Of a DNA stretch of 64,000 nt, positions 14,341 to 26,327 are shown piece after piece. Below the pieces are notes generated by a model that worked only from the letters and a program-made list of their open reading frames with translations, did not search any database and was not told the origin of the DNA. The position numbers and the translations under genes are program-made. Origin of the DNA: Podarcis filfolensis (Eukaryota). The stretch lies in NCBI GenBank assembly GCA_964270895.1, contig OZ185436.1; one strand, given 5' to 3'. Each line of letters begins with the position of its first letter. Positions within the stretch are counted from its first letter, which is position 1.

Positions 14341-15065
14341 CTGCAAAAATAAATATTTTGTTTTTAAGTGAGACCAGGGAAAGGCATAAAAATTGAACCT
14401 TTACTTCTCATTGAATAATAGTGCAAAAAAAATTCTTATGAAATTATACAGTGCATCTGTAGGTAACCAGCAAGTGCTGGCTATAACTGTTTATGACATA
14501 TTGTATGGAAGATTGCTAGTTTTCTTTTATATAATTTAAAAGCACACAAAGCCATTGGCGTGCTATCCTGAAATGTCCCGTTTCAGCATTTCTACTGGCT
14601 AATGGCAAAGGAAGAACTGCCAAGAGCAGTTTTCCTTTGGTCAGGGCATAGCCTCCCCACCAGAAGGGCTCCTCTCCACTAGCAGAGGGATCACTATGTG
14701 CTATCCTAACCCCTTTCCCATCACCTCTGTGGGGATGGATAGCATTGCAATCCCATACCCACCTGATTCACAGAAAGCACCACTGAACTGAATGGGACTT
14801 CCTTATGTGTAGGCCTTTATAGGACAGGGAAGTTATCATCACAAACTGCTTACAAAGCTGGTTGTAAGACAAACTTTTTGTGGGAATATTTTTAATATAT
14901 TACTATTAAAAAAATATACATATTCTCCAAGAAAAAAAATACTATTTTGTAGCAGTTATTTTTTCCATTAAAGCCACTTATCAAGTGAAAGCAATTTACG
15001 GAGGCAGAAAGCTAGATAATTTCAATCTACTGGTTATCTCTTTGTAAGATATTTTATTAAGAATA

Positions 15066-15282
15066 CAGTGGTACCTCGGGTTATGAACTTAATTTGTTCC
15101 AGAGGTCCGTTCTTTACCCGAAACTGTTCTTAACCTGAGGCGCGCTTTCGCTAATGGGGCCTCCTGCTGCCACCTCTGTGCAATTTCTGTTCTCATCCTG
15201 GGGCAAAGTTCGCAACCCAAGGTACTACTTCCAGGTTAGTGGAGTTTGTAACCCAAAGTGTTTGTAACCCGAAGTACCACTG
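15066..15282. mobile_element. Tc1/mariner MITE, family B
   Basis: TA-cagtggtacctcggg ... cccgaagtaccactg-TA. Confidence 0.88.
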
Positions 15283-16653
15283 TACATCTGTGTTATACCA
15301 AATGATGTATCATAGTGGATTTTAACCCACTGTTGTTTTATTATTTTCAAATAAACCATCTTCAAAATTGTGCAACACTTCAAATTCAACCATATCAAAT
15401 TTGAACTTCTAGGGCTAGATCTAGAGAAAGCAGAACAAAACTGCACTCATGCAACACAGAGTTTGTGGCTCTCCGCCCCCACCCCCACTTTGCATTCCAC
15501 CCTCCTCCTCTGCAGAAAGAGGCTGCAGAAGAACAGGGAAATCAGAGTTCAGCAGGACTGCTTTGTGCAAGTACAAATGCCTTTCTGCTCATGTAAGACA
15601 TCTCAGCATCCAAGTCCTCGATTGTTTGTACCTTACTTGTGAAAAGTAAGTTAATGTCTAAAATACTCTCTTAAACCAGCTAATGATATTGTCTGGGTTA
15701 AATGGCAATACCCTTTCTACCTAGTATTTCTGACAACTAAAGGAACTGTGTGTGTATAAGGTAGGGTTGCGATACTTCAAAAAGTAAAAACCAGGACACT
15801 CTGTAAGCTGTTGAACTTTTTTTAGACGAAACCCAAAGTTATTGAACTTTTTTTTTTAACAAACACACCAAAAACATGATTTTTTGACTGACTTGTCTAA
15901 GATCCAGGACAAAGTGCCACCTTTCGGAAATTCCCTCTGGGTGTTAATTCTGCCTCTGAAATTCCATTAATGTCTGGGAAAATCCAGATGTATTGCAGCC
16001 CTAGTATAAGGGGTCCATTACTCTTTGGATGTAGCTTTTCAAGTTTTTTGTTTTTGTTTTTGTATTTACTAATTAGTTGTTTCATTGGTATTACACACCA
16101 GTACAAATGAATATAATGTCTGCAATTTTCTGGTTAACTTAACAGAGATATAATAAAAAATAGCTCACAATGACCCAGTTTATGTGGATTAATAACAAGC
16201 CATGGTTTAACTAAAAGCAACAAGCCATATGGGCTTGTCATTAACTCACAAACATGATATGTTTCTACCAAACCAACCACGACCATGAAGTTGTGGCTTG
16301 ATCTTAGCTTGCTGATTCTGGTTTGTTCTCGAGCAAACACATGATCCAAGGTTCAAATGCAATAAGCCATGGTTTCTAGGCTTCTCATTCCACTTGTACC
16401 AGGGAGGAGCAAAGCATATTGCTACATGTGAATGAGCTGTCATGAAAACAGCTGAAGTGTTTGCAGTTAGTTATGATTTATTAAAAAGATAACAGAATGC
16501 AGTAATGTATGGCTGTTTGCTGCTATTGATTAGCAAAGTCAAATATGCAATGATGGAAAGAAACTTCTTGTTATAATTGAAGCCTACTGCAAAGGTATTT
16601 GTCACAAGCTCTTTCCTCAACAGAATAATGGAGGCACAGTAATGTAAAAGGGA

Positions 16654-17031
16654 GCTGGGCATGTTTAGCCTGGAGAAGAGGAGGTTAGGGGGTGATATGA
16701 TAGCCATGTTCAAATATATAAAAGGATGTCATATAGAGGAGAGAGAAAAGTTGTTTTCTGCTGCTCCAGAGAAGCGGACACGGAGCAATGGATCCAAACT
16801 ACAAGAAAGAAGATTCCACCTAAACATTAGGAAGAACTTCCTGACAGTAAGAGCTGTTCAACAGTGGAATTTGCTGCCAAGGAGTGTGGTGGAGTCTCCT
16901 TCTTTGGAGGTCTTTAAGCAGAGGCTTGACAACCATATGTCAGGAGTGCTCTGATGGTGTTTCCTGCTTGGCAGGGGGTTGGACTCGATGGCCCTTGTGG
17001 TCTATTCCAACTCTATGATTCTATGATTCTA
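16654..17031 (+). mobile_element. CR1 LINE 3' end (antisense within intron 1)
   Basis: ORF2 C-terminus FSLEKRRLGGDMIAMFKYIKG...RFHLNIRKNFLTVRAVQQWNLLPRSVVESPSLEVFKQRLD; (ATTCTATG)n tail. Confidence 0.92.
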
Positions 17032-18343
17032 AAAATTAATATTGTGAAATGGACTAAAAACAGAAAGCTCTTGGGAGAATTGCACCCATTTCTTAGGTAC
17101 AAAACAGAACAAAACTTTTTTGTGATGGAAGAATTTTATGTTAAACAAAATATAATTATGAATTTGCATATTTCCATTGCTTGTATTGGATGACCTATCA
17201 GGCTTTTCATTAGTTTTTTTGGTCTTCTACAAGCTGTCTAATCATGGTTTTAAATATATTTTTTTCAAAAACAAAAAACCCACCCTGCTTTATTCTCATC
17301 AGCCCACTAGGCTGATGAAACTGTGCAATGTAAAATAGAACTGGTTAGGTGCGCCCAAATGACTAGTGCTACATTATGAGGCAATTGCAAATGCTGGAGT
17401 GATATTGAAGATATTATCAAGGATTAGCCTTAGTAATAAGCAATTCCTGCTTCTTATTTCTTCTTAACCATTTTAAGGATGTTAACAAGAGTGCAATAAG
17501 GCACCAAGCGGATGGGAACAAGTCCTCCCTTCAACAAATCCATAATTTCTGGGCCACAAGCTGCAGGCCCAATATTAAGGAAAAACTACATAGGAACATT
17601 TGCCAAGTGCTTATTTTACCCTTGAATTATTTCCTCTCTCATAAAATGATAATTTATTGTAAATATTGCTAGTGTAATATTCAACAGAAGCAGCTACTGT
17701 GGTAGTTTAAATGAACAGTACTATTAAGAGAGTCTGGTGTGATACTCTACTTTCCAGAACAATTCTTGGCATCTGATCTGCTTTTTGTTTTTCTAAACCA
17801 GTTCACCTACATTAAAAACTGCTGTGTAGCTAATTAGCTGGCTCCCATGACTGCTGCTTTATGAGCCAATTAGGATTTTGTAACATAAATTATGCTGACT
17901 TGGATACTAATTATATGCATGCATGCACACATATTTATATTCATATATGCACTATTATTTTTATTTTATTTATTAAATTCCTATACAACTCTTTATCCAA
18001 ATATCACAGGGCAGGGGAGAGACTTCATCAGGCAAGGCCTCCTTCCACCTGCCTTGCCCCACCCTCCAGTCTCTGCTTCTCATTTTGTATTGTATTATGT
18101 TGTGCACTGTGGTTTGCTGTTGTTTTATTGATTGGAGTTTAGAAATTACTTGTTGTAACTGTTGAGTAGATTTCTGTTTAATTTTGAAATGCTGATATTT
18201 AATATTATTCTATATTGTTTTAATGAATGTTGAACGTTATTTTATTTGCATATTGTATATTGTATTATGCATATTGTCTTATTTAGATGATGTTAGCCGC
18301 TCTGAGCCTGGCTTTGGCTGGGGACAGCGGGATACAAATAAAA

Positions 18344-18344
<1 letters not shown>

Positions 18345-18388
<44 letters not shown>
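18345..18388. repeat. (ATT)n microsatellite, tail of an old L2-like repeat
   Basis: Direct reading. Confidence 0.85.
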
Positions 18389-20633
18389 AACTTAAAAATA
18401 CAAAATGAAAACACAAAATAACACAAAGAAACCAAAAAAACCCCTCTCACAAACACATTTAAAAGGCCACAGAATGTTAAATCAGCCAAAGGCCTGGTTA
18501 TGGAGATACATTTTTGCCTGGCGCCTAAAGATATGCAACGAAGGTGCCCGGCAGGCATCCTACAGGCATGCTAAAAAACTGCTGTTGAATTTGATGGCCA
18601 TATGCGATAATCCTTTCACAAATCTCAAGTTTCCAGACTGTTTGTGATTGTGTATTTGCCTGTTTATCACAACCTCAGAAAACAAGAATGTGCTACAGTG
18701 ATTAGAATAAGCGGTTTGTGCATTATGACTTACCAAAGATAAAATTTGAGTACTAGTCCACTGATTTCAATGTGTCTACTTCAAGCATGACCCACACTGG
18801 GCATCACCCAGTATATGTGTATGTTTTCTGTAGAGAAAGTCTGTCATAATTCATATACATTTATTACAATAATTCTATCTGACCTTTTGGCTTCACAGGT
18901 GTAGCAGAGGAAGCTGTCTTAACTGATTAAGTCAATATTGTCTACACCAGGAGTGGAGAAGCTTTCTGGCCCAGGAGGCTAGATCTTTAACTCCCCACCT
19001 CCCATGGCCCAACTTTGACAGGTGGGTGGGACAGGTGGGCAAGGAGTTCAATCCTGCTTTCTGCAGGGACACGTTCACTTGTGCACCCAAACAAAGCAGG
19101 ACTGAACTCTCTGCTCATCATTTTCTGCGGAGATCAGCTGTGCCAATGACTTCCTTGTGGGGAACTTGCTGCACAGCAAAACTAAGCAGATTTGAACTCC
19201 ACACCCATCAGCTGATGGGAGTTCAAACCTGCTTTCTGCAGGAATATGGCATGTAAGCAGCCAATCCAGCCATGTTCTACCTGTCTCACTACGACATCAG
19301 TTTTGGGGCGGAGGGAATGTCCCACCCCCAATATTCAAAGGTATTTTATATCTTTACCTATAACAGAACTTACAAAGTGGCGGAAGCCATAACCAACAGT
19401 AGATGTTAAAACTAACAAACATCCATAACTAGAACAGAAGTAAAACCAGCAGCCAGCAATGACCTCTAAGCCACATCCAATACTTACCATCCAAGATGAC
19501 TGGCCTATCAGTAAATATGCCAAATGGTTACAACATGAAGCTCTGCAGGCCTGGGCTATACTACTACAGAGAAAGTAAAAAAAGGATAGAAAGGCCAACT
19601 CCCTGGATTCAAAGCAGCCAACCACACACTAGTGGAAACCATCTTATAATGAATCAGACCACTGGGTCCATCTAGCTCAGTATTGTCTACACCAACTGGC
19701 AGCATGTCTCCAAGGATAGCAGTAGCAGGCGATGCTGACATTGGAACCCACGACCCTGTGTATGCAAAGCTGTGGCCTCTATACCTAGGAAATATCTGTG
19801 TCTAGCCTAGAGCTCTTTGTTCCTGCAAAAATTGTGTCATTTTTCTTAAAGTTGTAACAAGTGCATGCTATTGAATTATGTTTTAAAACGTAAGTATTTC
19901 AACAAAACATATTTTAAAATGAATGCATAAACTCCAAATGACATTAGCCCGCAATCCTATACACTTTTAGATGGCAGTAACTTTTGAGCAGAGATGCATA
20001 GGATTGTACTGTAAGGGCAATACTTTTGACCACTAAAAATTCTGACAGTTTTTAAACAGCATATAAAAACAACAACATGTTTAAGTGGCATTTTGTTTTG
20101 CTTATCATAAACCAATCAATTTAGGGTAATGGGGAAAGTTTCTAATTTAATGTTTTCCAGAAAACTTGTATCACTGCACTGATATAGGAAGAGCTGAAGA
20201 AAAAGCTTACCTCAGAGCTGTAGAAGCCTGGGGAAAACCTTGGAAAAATGTTGGGAACTGTCCCCTGAAGACTTCTCTTCAGGTTTTTTTCAAATGGAAA
20301 AATGCTTTGAGGAACATTGAAAACAACAACTCTGGATAGCTCAGTTGGTTAGAGTGTAGAATATTTATTATCATTTGGGATGAGTGAAATGGTTTAAGGA
20401 CAAGGCTTTACTCAAAATGTTTTACATGTGAAGATTTTTGTGTATGGCAATCTATATTATTCGAGAATGATAATTCCTGTGAATACAACATTCAACGTTC
20501 AAATCCAAGATGCACTTCTGCACCTTGCTGCTGCTGTCTATATGCAAGCAGGAAAACAGGGTCTTGGTGGCTTCTGAATGGCTCCTGAACCAAGCATACC
20601 GCATGTAGCAATCTACAGTTATCTCTAGTATTA

Positions 20634-20875
20634 CAGAAGTACCTTGGAAGTCAAATGGAATCTGTTCCGGAAGTCCGTTTGACTTCTAAAACATTTGGGA
20701 ACCAAGGCATGGTTTCCGATTGGCTGCAGGAAGCTCTTGCAGCCAATTGGAAACCGCATCAGACATTCAGGCTCCAAAGAACGTTCAAAAACCGGAACAA
20801 TCACTTCCAGTTTTCGATTATTCGGCATGCCAAAACGTTCGACTCCCAAGGCATTTGAAAACTAAGGTACGACTG
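20634..20875. mobile_element. Tc1/mariner MITE, family A (opposite orientation to the 1031 copy)
   Basis: TA-flanked; same internal palindrome and TIR. Confidence 0.82.
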
Positions 20876-21230
20876 TACATGTATTCACAAATGTAAAGAA
20901 CTAAGGCATTTCTACTTCTGAGACTGTGATCTAATGCACGCTCATCTGAGTGTAAGCTCCACTAAAAAGATACGTCAGAGAAATATTTGAAATAATTGCT
21001 CTGTGACTTTCAAGTTGCATCCAACATCACATGAGTGGAAGGGACCTTATGCAACCAATCTTTCCCTCCCCGCCCATACCCCATCCCCAACAGGATCAGG
21101 GGAGAAAAACTGCCCAACATTGTGGGCTGTGTCTTAACAAGGTTACAATGGGAGGTGAAATCACCCCAAATTAGGCAAAGGAATACTGCAACACTCGCCC
21201 AAAGATCTCAGGAGTAGGCTATTTCCCCCT

Positions 21231-21442
21231 GGTGGTGCCCAAACTTTTTTCAAAGAGGGCCAGATTTGATGAAGTGAAGGGCCGTGGGGGCCGACCAAAG
21301 TCCCAAGTTGTTGACCTTTTTTAGGATTGAAGTTGTTCAGCTTTTTTTAGGATTTTACCCCAGGAAATAAACTGCCACAGGGGCAGGATTAAACAGACCT
21401 GTGGGCCAGATTAGGCCCCCAAAACGGACTTTGGACATGCCT
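21231..21442. mobile_element. Degenerate hAT MITE (intron 1)
   Basis: Right end tttggacatgcctg matches the TIR of the 25489 element; left end eroded. Confidence 0.55.
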
Positions 21443-21734
21443 GTGACTACAGCATCATAAGACACAGCCCATAATGTTGCGTAGGTTCTCCTAAACCCCA
21501 CAGAGAAGCTTTTCATGAATGCTCAGGAATAGGAGGGGATGGGAAAGAACTGTTGTTCATGATGCCTTCTTCTCGTGATGTTAAATACAACCTTTCATAA
21601 ATATACCAAGCAGTACAATGTATTATACGCTAATTATAAATGACACATTTTACATTGTTAAACCCTAACAAGGGAAACAAAAAATTTTTTTTTCCTTCCA
21701 GTAGCACCTTAAAGACCAACTAAGTTAGTTCTTG

Positions 21735-21772
21735 GTATGAGCTTTCGTGTGCATGCACACTTCTTCAGATAC
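21735..21772 (-). ncRNA. Minimal type I hammerhead ribozyme motif (sense to TXNRD3 pre-mRNA)
   Basis: GUAU-CUGAAGA-A-GUGUGCAUGCACAC-GAAA-GC-UC-AUAC: stem I GUAU/AUAC, intact core, palindromic stem II, palindromic AGCU stem III. Confidence 0.75.
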
Positions 21773-21776
21773 ATGT

Positions 21777-21814
21777 GTATCTGAAGAAGTGTGCATGCAC
21801 ACGAAAGCTCATAA
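21777..21814 (+). ncRNA. Minimal type I hammerhead ribozyme motif (antisense to TXNRD3)
   Basis: Same motif as the minus copy, but the stem I 3' strand reads AUAA instead of AUAC. Confidence 0.7.
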
Positions 21815-23004
21815 CAAGAACTAACTTAGTTGGTCTTTAAGGTGCTACTGGAAGGAAAAAAATTTTTTTGTTTTGACTATGGCAGACCAACACGGCTACT
21901 TATCTGTAACCCTAACAAGGGAGCGATTGAAATTCTCTCCTTTGAACTAACCAACCAAATAATTGTCTGTTGGGTTCAATACTTTATATTTTTGTGCCTT
22001 TTCCTTATACATTGAAAATCAGCTTACTGTAACTAATAACTGACAGTGGGGGAAAACAGAATATTTGATTTTATTATATGGTTAGCCAAATAATGCTACA
22101 CGAAGAAACAATCACCAGCTTTTAAAAAAGGTACTATGTATCTAGAGCCACATAGTCTCCTAATCTCGACAAGTCCACTTTTCGACCCAGAAATCTTCAT
22201 TTACCTTCTCACTCTATTGTTGGTTTGCGCCTTTACTATTATTTAGATAACTATTACCTGGTTTTACTTGTGTTAATTCACTATCAACATTTCACTTCAG
22301 CTCCCTAATTGCTTACTACTATGTTATTTGATTGTTTTCTGGAAGTGGAAGGGGATTTCAACACACAGTACTCATACTCAGTCTTGACAACTAGTTCAAG
22401 AAGAACATATGATCTTTTACCCATATAATTTTTTAGTTCTGCTATGACTCATTTTTGGTATTAGATTGCTTCCTGATTTGGACCAGTTATGACTTTCCAT
22501 ACAGAGGGTAAGAGCTGTACAGGGCCAGGAAAAAGCACTTGCTCAACACAGAGTTCTGTTTCCTCTTTTCCCCCAGCCTTTCCTTTACATGTCAACGTTA
22601 CATGCAAAAACTAACCACACTTAAAAACATTATGGTGGTCCATAAGCAATATTTTGACTAGTAAACCAATTAAATCATACAAATCTCTTAATACAAAACT
22701 TCCATTTCCAGTGACATGTCAGAAAGTGCACAAGTAATCAGAGTGCACATGTCATCTAACTGATCTGTTGTTCCTCATGATCATATTATAGAAGAAGCTT
22801 TAATCATCAGCTTATCTGCTTAAAGCATACATATTAGCTGCAGCCACAAACATAAGATAAAGTTAGAGACTGTCTCTTGTGGTTCGACTTGTTGCCCATC
22901 CCTAGTTCCATCAGGGAAGCCTTTATTTCAAAAGCTGTGATGTGGGCGCCTGAGAGTGACACACCACAGGGAGAGAAAAATACACACCTTAATTAGTCTT
23001 ACTA

Positions 23005-23051
<47 letters not shown>

Positions 23052-23053
23052 TA
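23005..23053. repeat. (ATT)n microsatellite
   Basis: Direct reading. Confidence 0.9.
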
Positions 23054-23619
23054 TTTACCACTCTATGATTACTTCAGGCTCTTCATCCCTTTTCCTACTG
23101 AAAAGATTTAACAGGCTTCTGATGATCAAAACATATTTCCCCAAATGACAGATTTAGCCAGTTAAATGTCTAACACAGCTGAGCTATCTTCAAGTCAGCT
23201 GAAGTGAACTTATTTTGAACTACAGGTCCCAAATATATCTTTAAAAAACACCACATTTAATCCCTATTTAACAGATACTGTTTTTACTGCCTTTTCTATT
23301 TCCAATCTTATGCCCCACACCTCTAACACTTAAAGTTAAGTCAGGAATCACAACTGGATTCCACAAACTGATCAAAGACATATGACCTACAAACAGATCT
23401 GAAGGCTGATCCTGGACACAGTTGTCTGTTATTTCAATGAGGTTTCATTCCAAAACAGCATCTTTAAAATTTTAGTCCATTTGGTAATTAATTAGGAAAC
23501 CCTGGCATTAAAGTTGAAAAAGAAGCAGAAGGGCAGTGGGTTATGAAGACTCGGACTTCTAGTTCAGGCCCACCTTGAATCGTGTCCTTTCCCCCAATAA
23601 AGCAATACCAGGTCAACAT

Positions 23620-23770
23620 CGAGAGATAGCATGGTGTAGTGGTTAGTGTGTCAGAGGCAAGAGCGTGAATGAATCCCTACTCAGCCATGCAGCTCACTGA
23701 GTGACCTTTGGCCCAGACACGGCTTTTCAGCCTAACCTAACTCACAGGGCTGGAAAGGAAGATTAAACCT
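23620..23770 (+). mobile_element. Old MIR/Squam3-related SINE remnant
   Basis: gcatggtgtagtggttag head, ...cagctcactgagtgacct...cagcctaacctaactcacaggg core. Confidence 0.55.
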
Positions 23771-24079
23771 ATTTGTTTATTTCATAAAACCTATACACAG
23801 CCTGCTTGCAAGCAAACCTCAGAACGGTTTACAAAAAGCTAAAACCATAAAACTGGGGGGCGGAAACTGCTACACATTATTATTACTATTATTATTAACT
23901 GAATTTATATACAGCACTGCCCTATACCCGGAGGTCTCATTAACGCATACAGTAAGTTAAAACACGGAATCACATTCGAATTCGCACCAGCCTTTCCAAG
24001 CATCTGGGTAGCCTTGCAAGAAGAAGGAGGGCGAGGAAAAGGTGACTGCAATAGGAATGCCATTAGATAAACCAATAAA

Positions 24080-25050
24080 ATCCACCTAGGCAGAGGGCGG
24101 TCGAGGCCCCTCGCCATTCCTGCTAGGCTCTTGTCACTCGACGCTCACAGAGCCGACCCTGATGGAGCCACTCCGGGACACTCACCCCGCAACCGTAGCC
24201 AAGCCTCAAGGGAGCGGACTGTCCGGTGAGGAGGATGCGCGGGCGTCTCCGCGGATACTGAAGGCAGCAGGGCCCTGTCTGCGCGCCCCCTGCCCCTCAC
24301 TCCCACCGCGGCGCGGCGTGAGCCTGCGCTGTGTAGAGGCGCTCCCTCGAGAGGTGGGGGTCCTAGTCCCTCCTCTCTCCCGGCGGCGGGCAGCGCGGCC
24401 TCCTCGGGCCTCCGACGCCCCCGCTGCCCTTGCCGGGGTCGTTGCCAAGGCGACGCCCGCTTCCTCCCTCCGCGCCTTACCTTCCTGCAGAAGGGGCAGT
24501 AGCTCTTGCTGAAGATCATGACCCGGTGGGAGCTGATCAGGCTCCGCACGCGGAGCTTCAGGGCGTCCCAGTCCGGCATCCGGACCTGACCCGGAGGCGG
24601 CATGGCTGGCTGGCTTCTCTGGCCTGAGGAGGAGCAGAAGAGGCGGCGGCGGCGGTGGTGTCTGCGGCGATGAGCCGCTATGGCTAAATGCAGCAGCAGC
24701 GGCTGCTGCTGAGGCGGTAAACTCACTCGCCCTGCTTGCGCATGGGCAGTGGGGGCGGCCCTCGACTCCGCCCCTCTCCGCTTTCGCCCTCAAGGGAGCG
24801 GGCGGGCCCGCCAAGGGGCCTGGAGAGGAGGCGGGAGAGGGACGATTGAACCCCTCGGCCTTCCTCAGGGAGGGCGAGCAGGATAAGCCCCCGCCAGGGA
24901 TGGGACCTTGAGCAAAACGGGAGAGGAAGGGAGGTCAGGATTCTTGGCGCCGCGCAGAGGTTTCCCTGCCATTCCCTGCCCGTGTTGCGCAGTTGTGAAA
25001 CGAAGGGTTACTCTCGAGGAGACCTCAAAGGACATTTCCCGGGCTCGCGC
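24080..25050. promoter_or_regulatory. CpG island / TXNRD3 promoter and first exon
   Basis: Sharp local rise in GC and CpG; GC boxes at 24751-24758 and 24768-24774; NRF1-like TGCGCATGGGCA at 24737-24748; no TATA box seen. Confidence 0.85.
24481..24603 (-). CDS. TXNRD3: TXNRD3 coding exon 1 (start of glutaredoxin domain, CPFC motif)
   Basis: ATG in GCC ATG C context; MPPPGQVRMPDWDALKLRVRSLISSHRVMIFSKSYCPFCRK; donor AAG|GTAAG; 123 nt; inside CpG island. Confidence 0.95.
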
Positions 25051-25309
25051 ACTCTTCCCTCCGTCAACCTAAATGTGGAATCTCTTAATGATAATAATAA
25101 AGATTCAGAAAAGGGCGACCCAAATGACCAAGGGGATGTGGCAAGTTTCCCTGTGATGAAAGGTTGCATCATATAGGGCATTTTCGTGTCAAGAAAAAAG
25201 GCATGGGGAAAGTAGACAAAAGTTTTATTTGCTTTGTCATAGCGCCTTTCAGACTCGACGAAGCTGAACGCTGGAAGTTTCAGGATGCATATAAAAAGAA
25301 TACTGTTGT

Positions 25310-25775
25310 GTAAAGCACCCTGGCTTCAAGTTACAAGAAAGGAGATTCCGACTCAACATCAGGAAAAACTTTCTGACAGCTGCTCGGCAGTGGAAGGGAC
25401 TCCCTCTGGAGGTGGTGGGTTTCTAAGCAGAGGTTGGATGGCCATCTGTCGTGGATGCTTTAGCTGAGATTCCTTCATTGGTCTAGAACAGGCATGTCCA
25501 ACAGGTACATCTACTGGTAGATCATGGGGTGTTCCTGGGAGATCCTGGTTGATCTCTGGCCCCTCAGCGATCTCCTTACAAAAAAGCAAGAAATCCCAAC
25601 AACTTTGGCTTACTAAAAAAAGCTCCACAACTTTGGATAGATCATTGCCAATCTTTTTATGACAATGGATAGATCACTGCCAGTTTTTTTATACTGTGAG
25701 TAGATCGCAGTCTATTGGGAGTTGGACGTCCCTGGTCTAGAAGACCCATGGGTCCCTTCTAACTCTTAAGATTCT
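25310..25775 (+). mobile_element. Older CR1 3' end interrupted by hAT MITE
   Basis: aaggagattccgactcaacatcaggaaaaacttt... then ...ggtcccttctaactcttaagattc after the MITE. Confidence 0.75.
25489..25734. mobile_element. hAT MITE
   Basis: TIRs CAGGCATGTCCAAC / GTTGGACGTCCCTG; 8-bp TSD gtctagaa at 25481-25488 and 25735-25742. Confidence 0.9.
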
Positions 25776-26065
25776 TTGAATCTCTTTTTCGCACAATGCA
25801 TGAGCTGTGGAACTCCCTCCCACAAGAGGCGGCGACAGCCACCAACTTGGAGGGCTATGTCAGCAGCTGCTAGCCACAAGGGCCGTGCTCTGCCTCCACT
25901 GTCAGAGGCATTCCGCCTGTGAATATCAGTTTTTGGGAATCGCAAGCTGACAGAGTGCTGTTGCGCTCAGGTCCTGTTTGTGTGCTTCCTGCTTTGGATG
26001 GCTGCTGGGTGAGAACAGGATGCTGGACTAGATGGGTCATTGGCCTGATCCAGCAATCGTCTTGC
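25775..26065 (+). mobile_element. Old CR1-related 3' repeat; relatives at 30480-30690 and 32385-32590
   Basis: Shared gtgagaacaggatgctggactagatggg...ctgatccagca block in three places. Confidence 0.6.
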
Positions 26066-26327
26066 TGTTGTATCCCAGCAACTGACATTGAGAAGCATGG
26101 CTCCTCTGATGCAGGAGGTTGCATATAGCAGTCAATAACAATTGCAGACCCCCCCAAGTGTCCCTGTTTTCCAGGGACAGTCCCAGATTTACAAGAGGCG
26201 TCCCAGTTTCTGATTCGATACCAGAATGTCCCACTTTTCCTTAGGACGTTCCTATTTTCATCAGAGAAATGTTGGAGGATATGGAGTTATGTGACCCCCC
26301 TGAACCAAAGAGATAAGTAATCATACA

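Larger units (their letters stand above)
21676..21907. mobile_element. Fold-back Penelope-like element insertion (inverted repeat, arms about 100 bp)
   Basis: Arms symmetric about 21774/21775 with one mismatch plus homopolymer length differences; 15-bp TSD aaccctaacaaggga at 21661-21675 and 21908-21922; extra terminus ...gactatggcagaccaacacggctac on the right arm. Confidence 0.85.

Noticed and set aside
20211-20227. Possible 17-nt micro-exon in intron 1 (ccccag ... gag|gtaag)
   Set aside because: Frame-shifting, no homology to TXNRD3 and no support without RNA data.
21661-21922. CRISPR-like or assembly-artefact interpretation of the palindrome
   Set aside because: Eukaryotic context with no repeat-spacer array; the TSD, asymmetric terminus and internal mismatch support a genuine retrotransposon insertion.
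24145-24814. Long overlapping ORFs in the CpG island (193, 202 and 116 aa)
   Set aside because: Only 24481-24603, and possibly the in-frame leader, matches TXNRD3. The rest is read-through into intron 1 or stop-poor GC-rich sequence.
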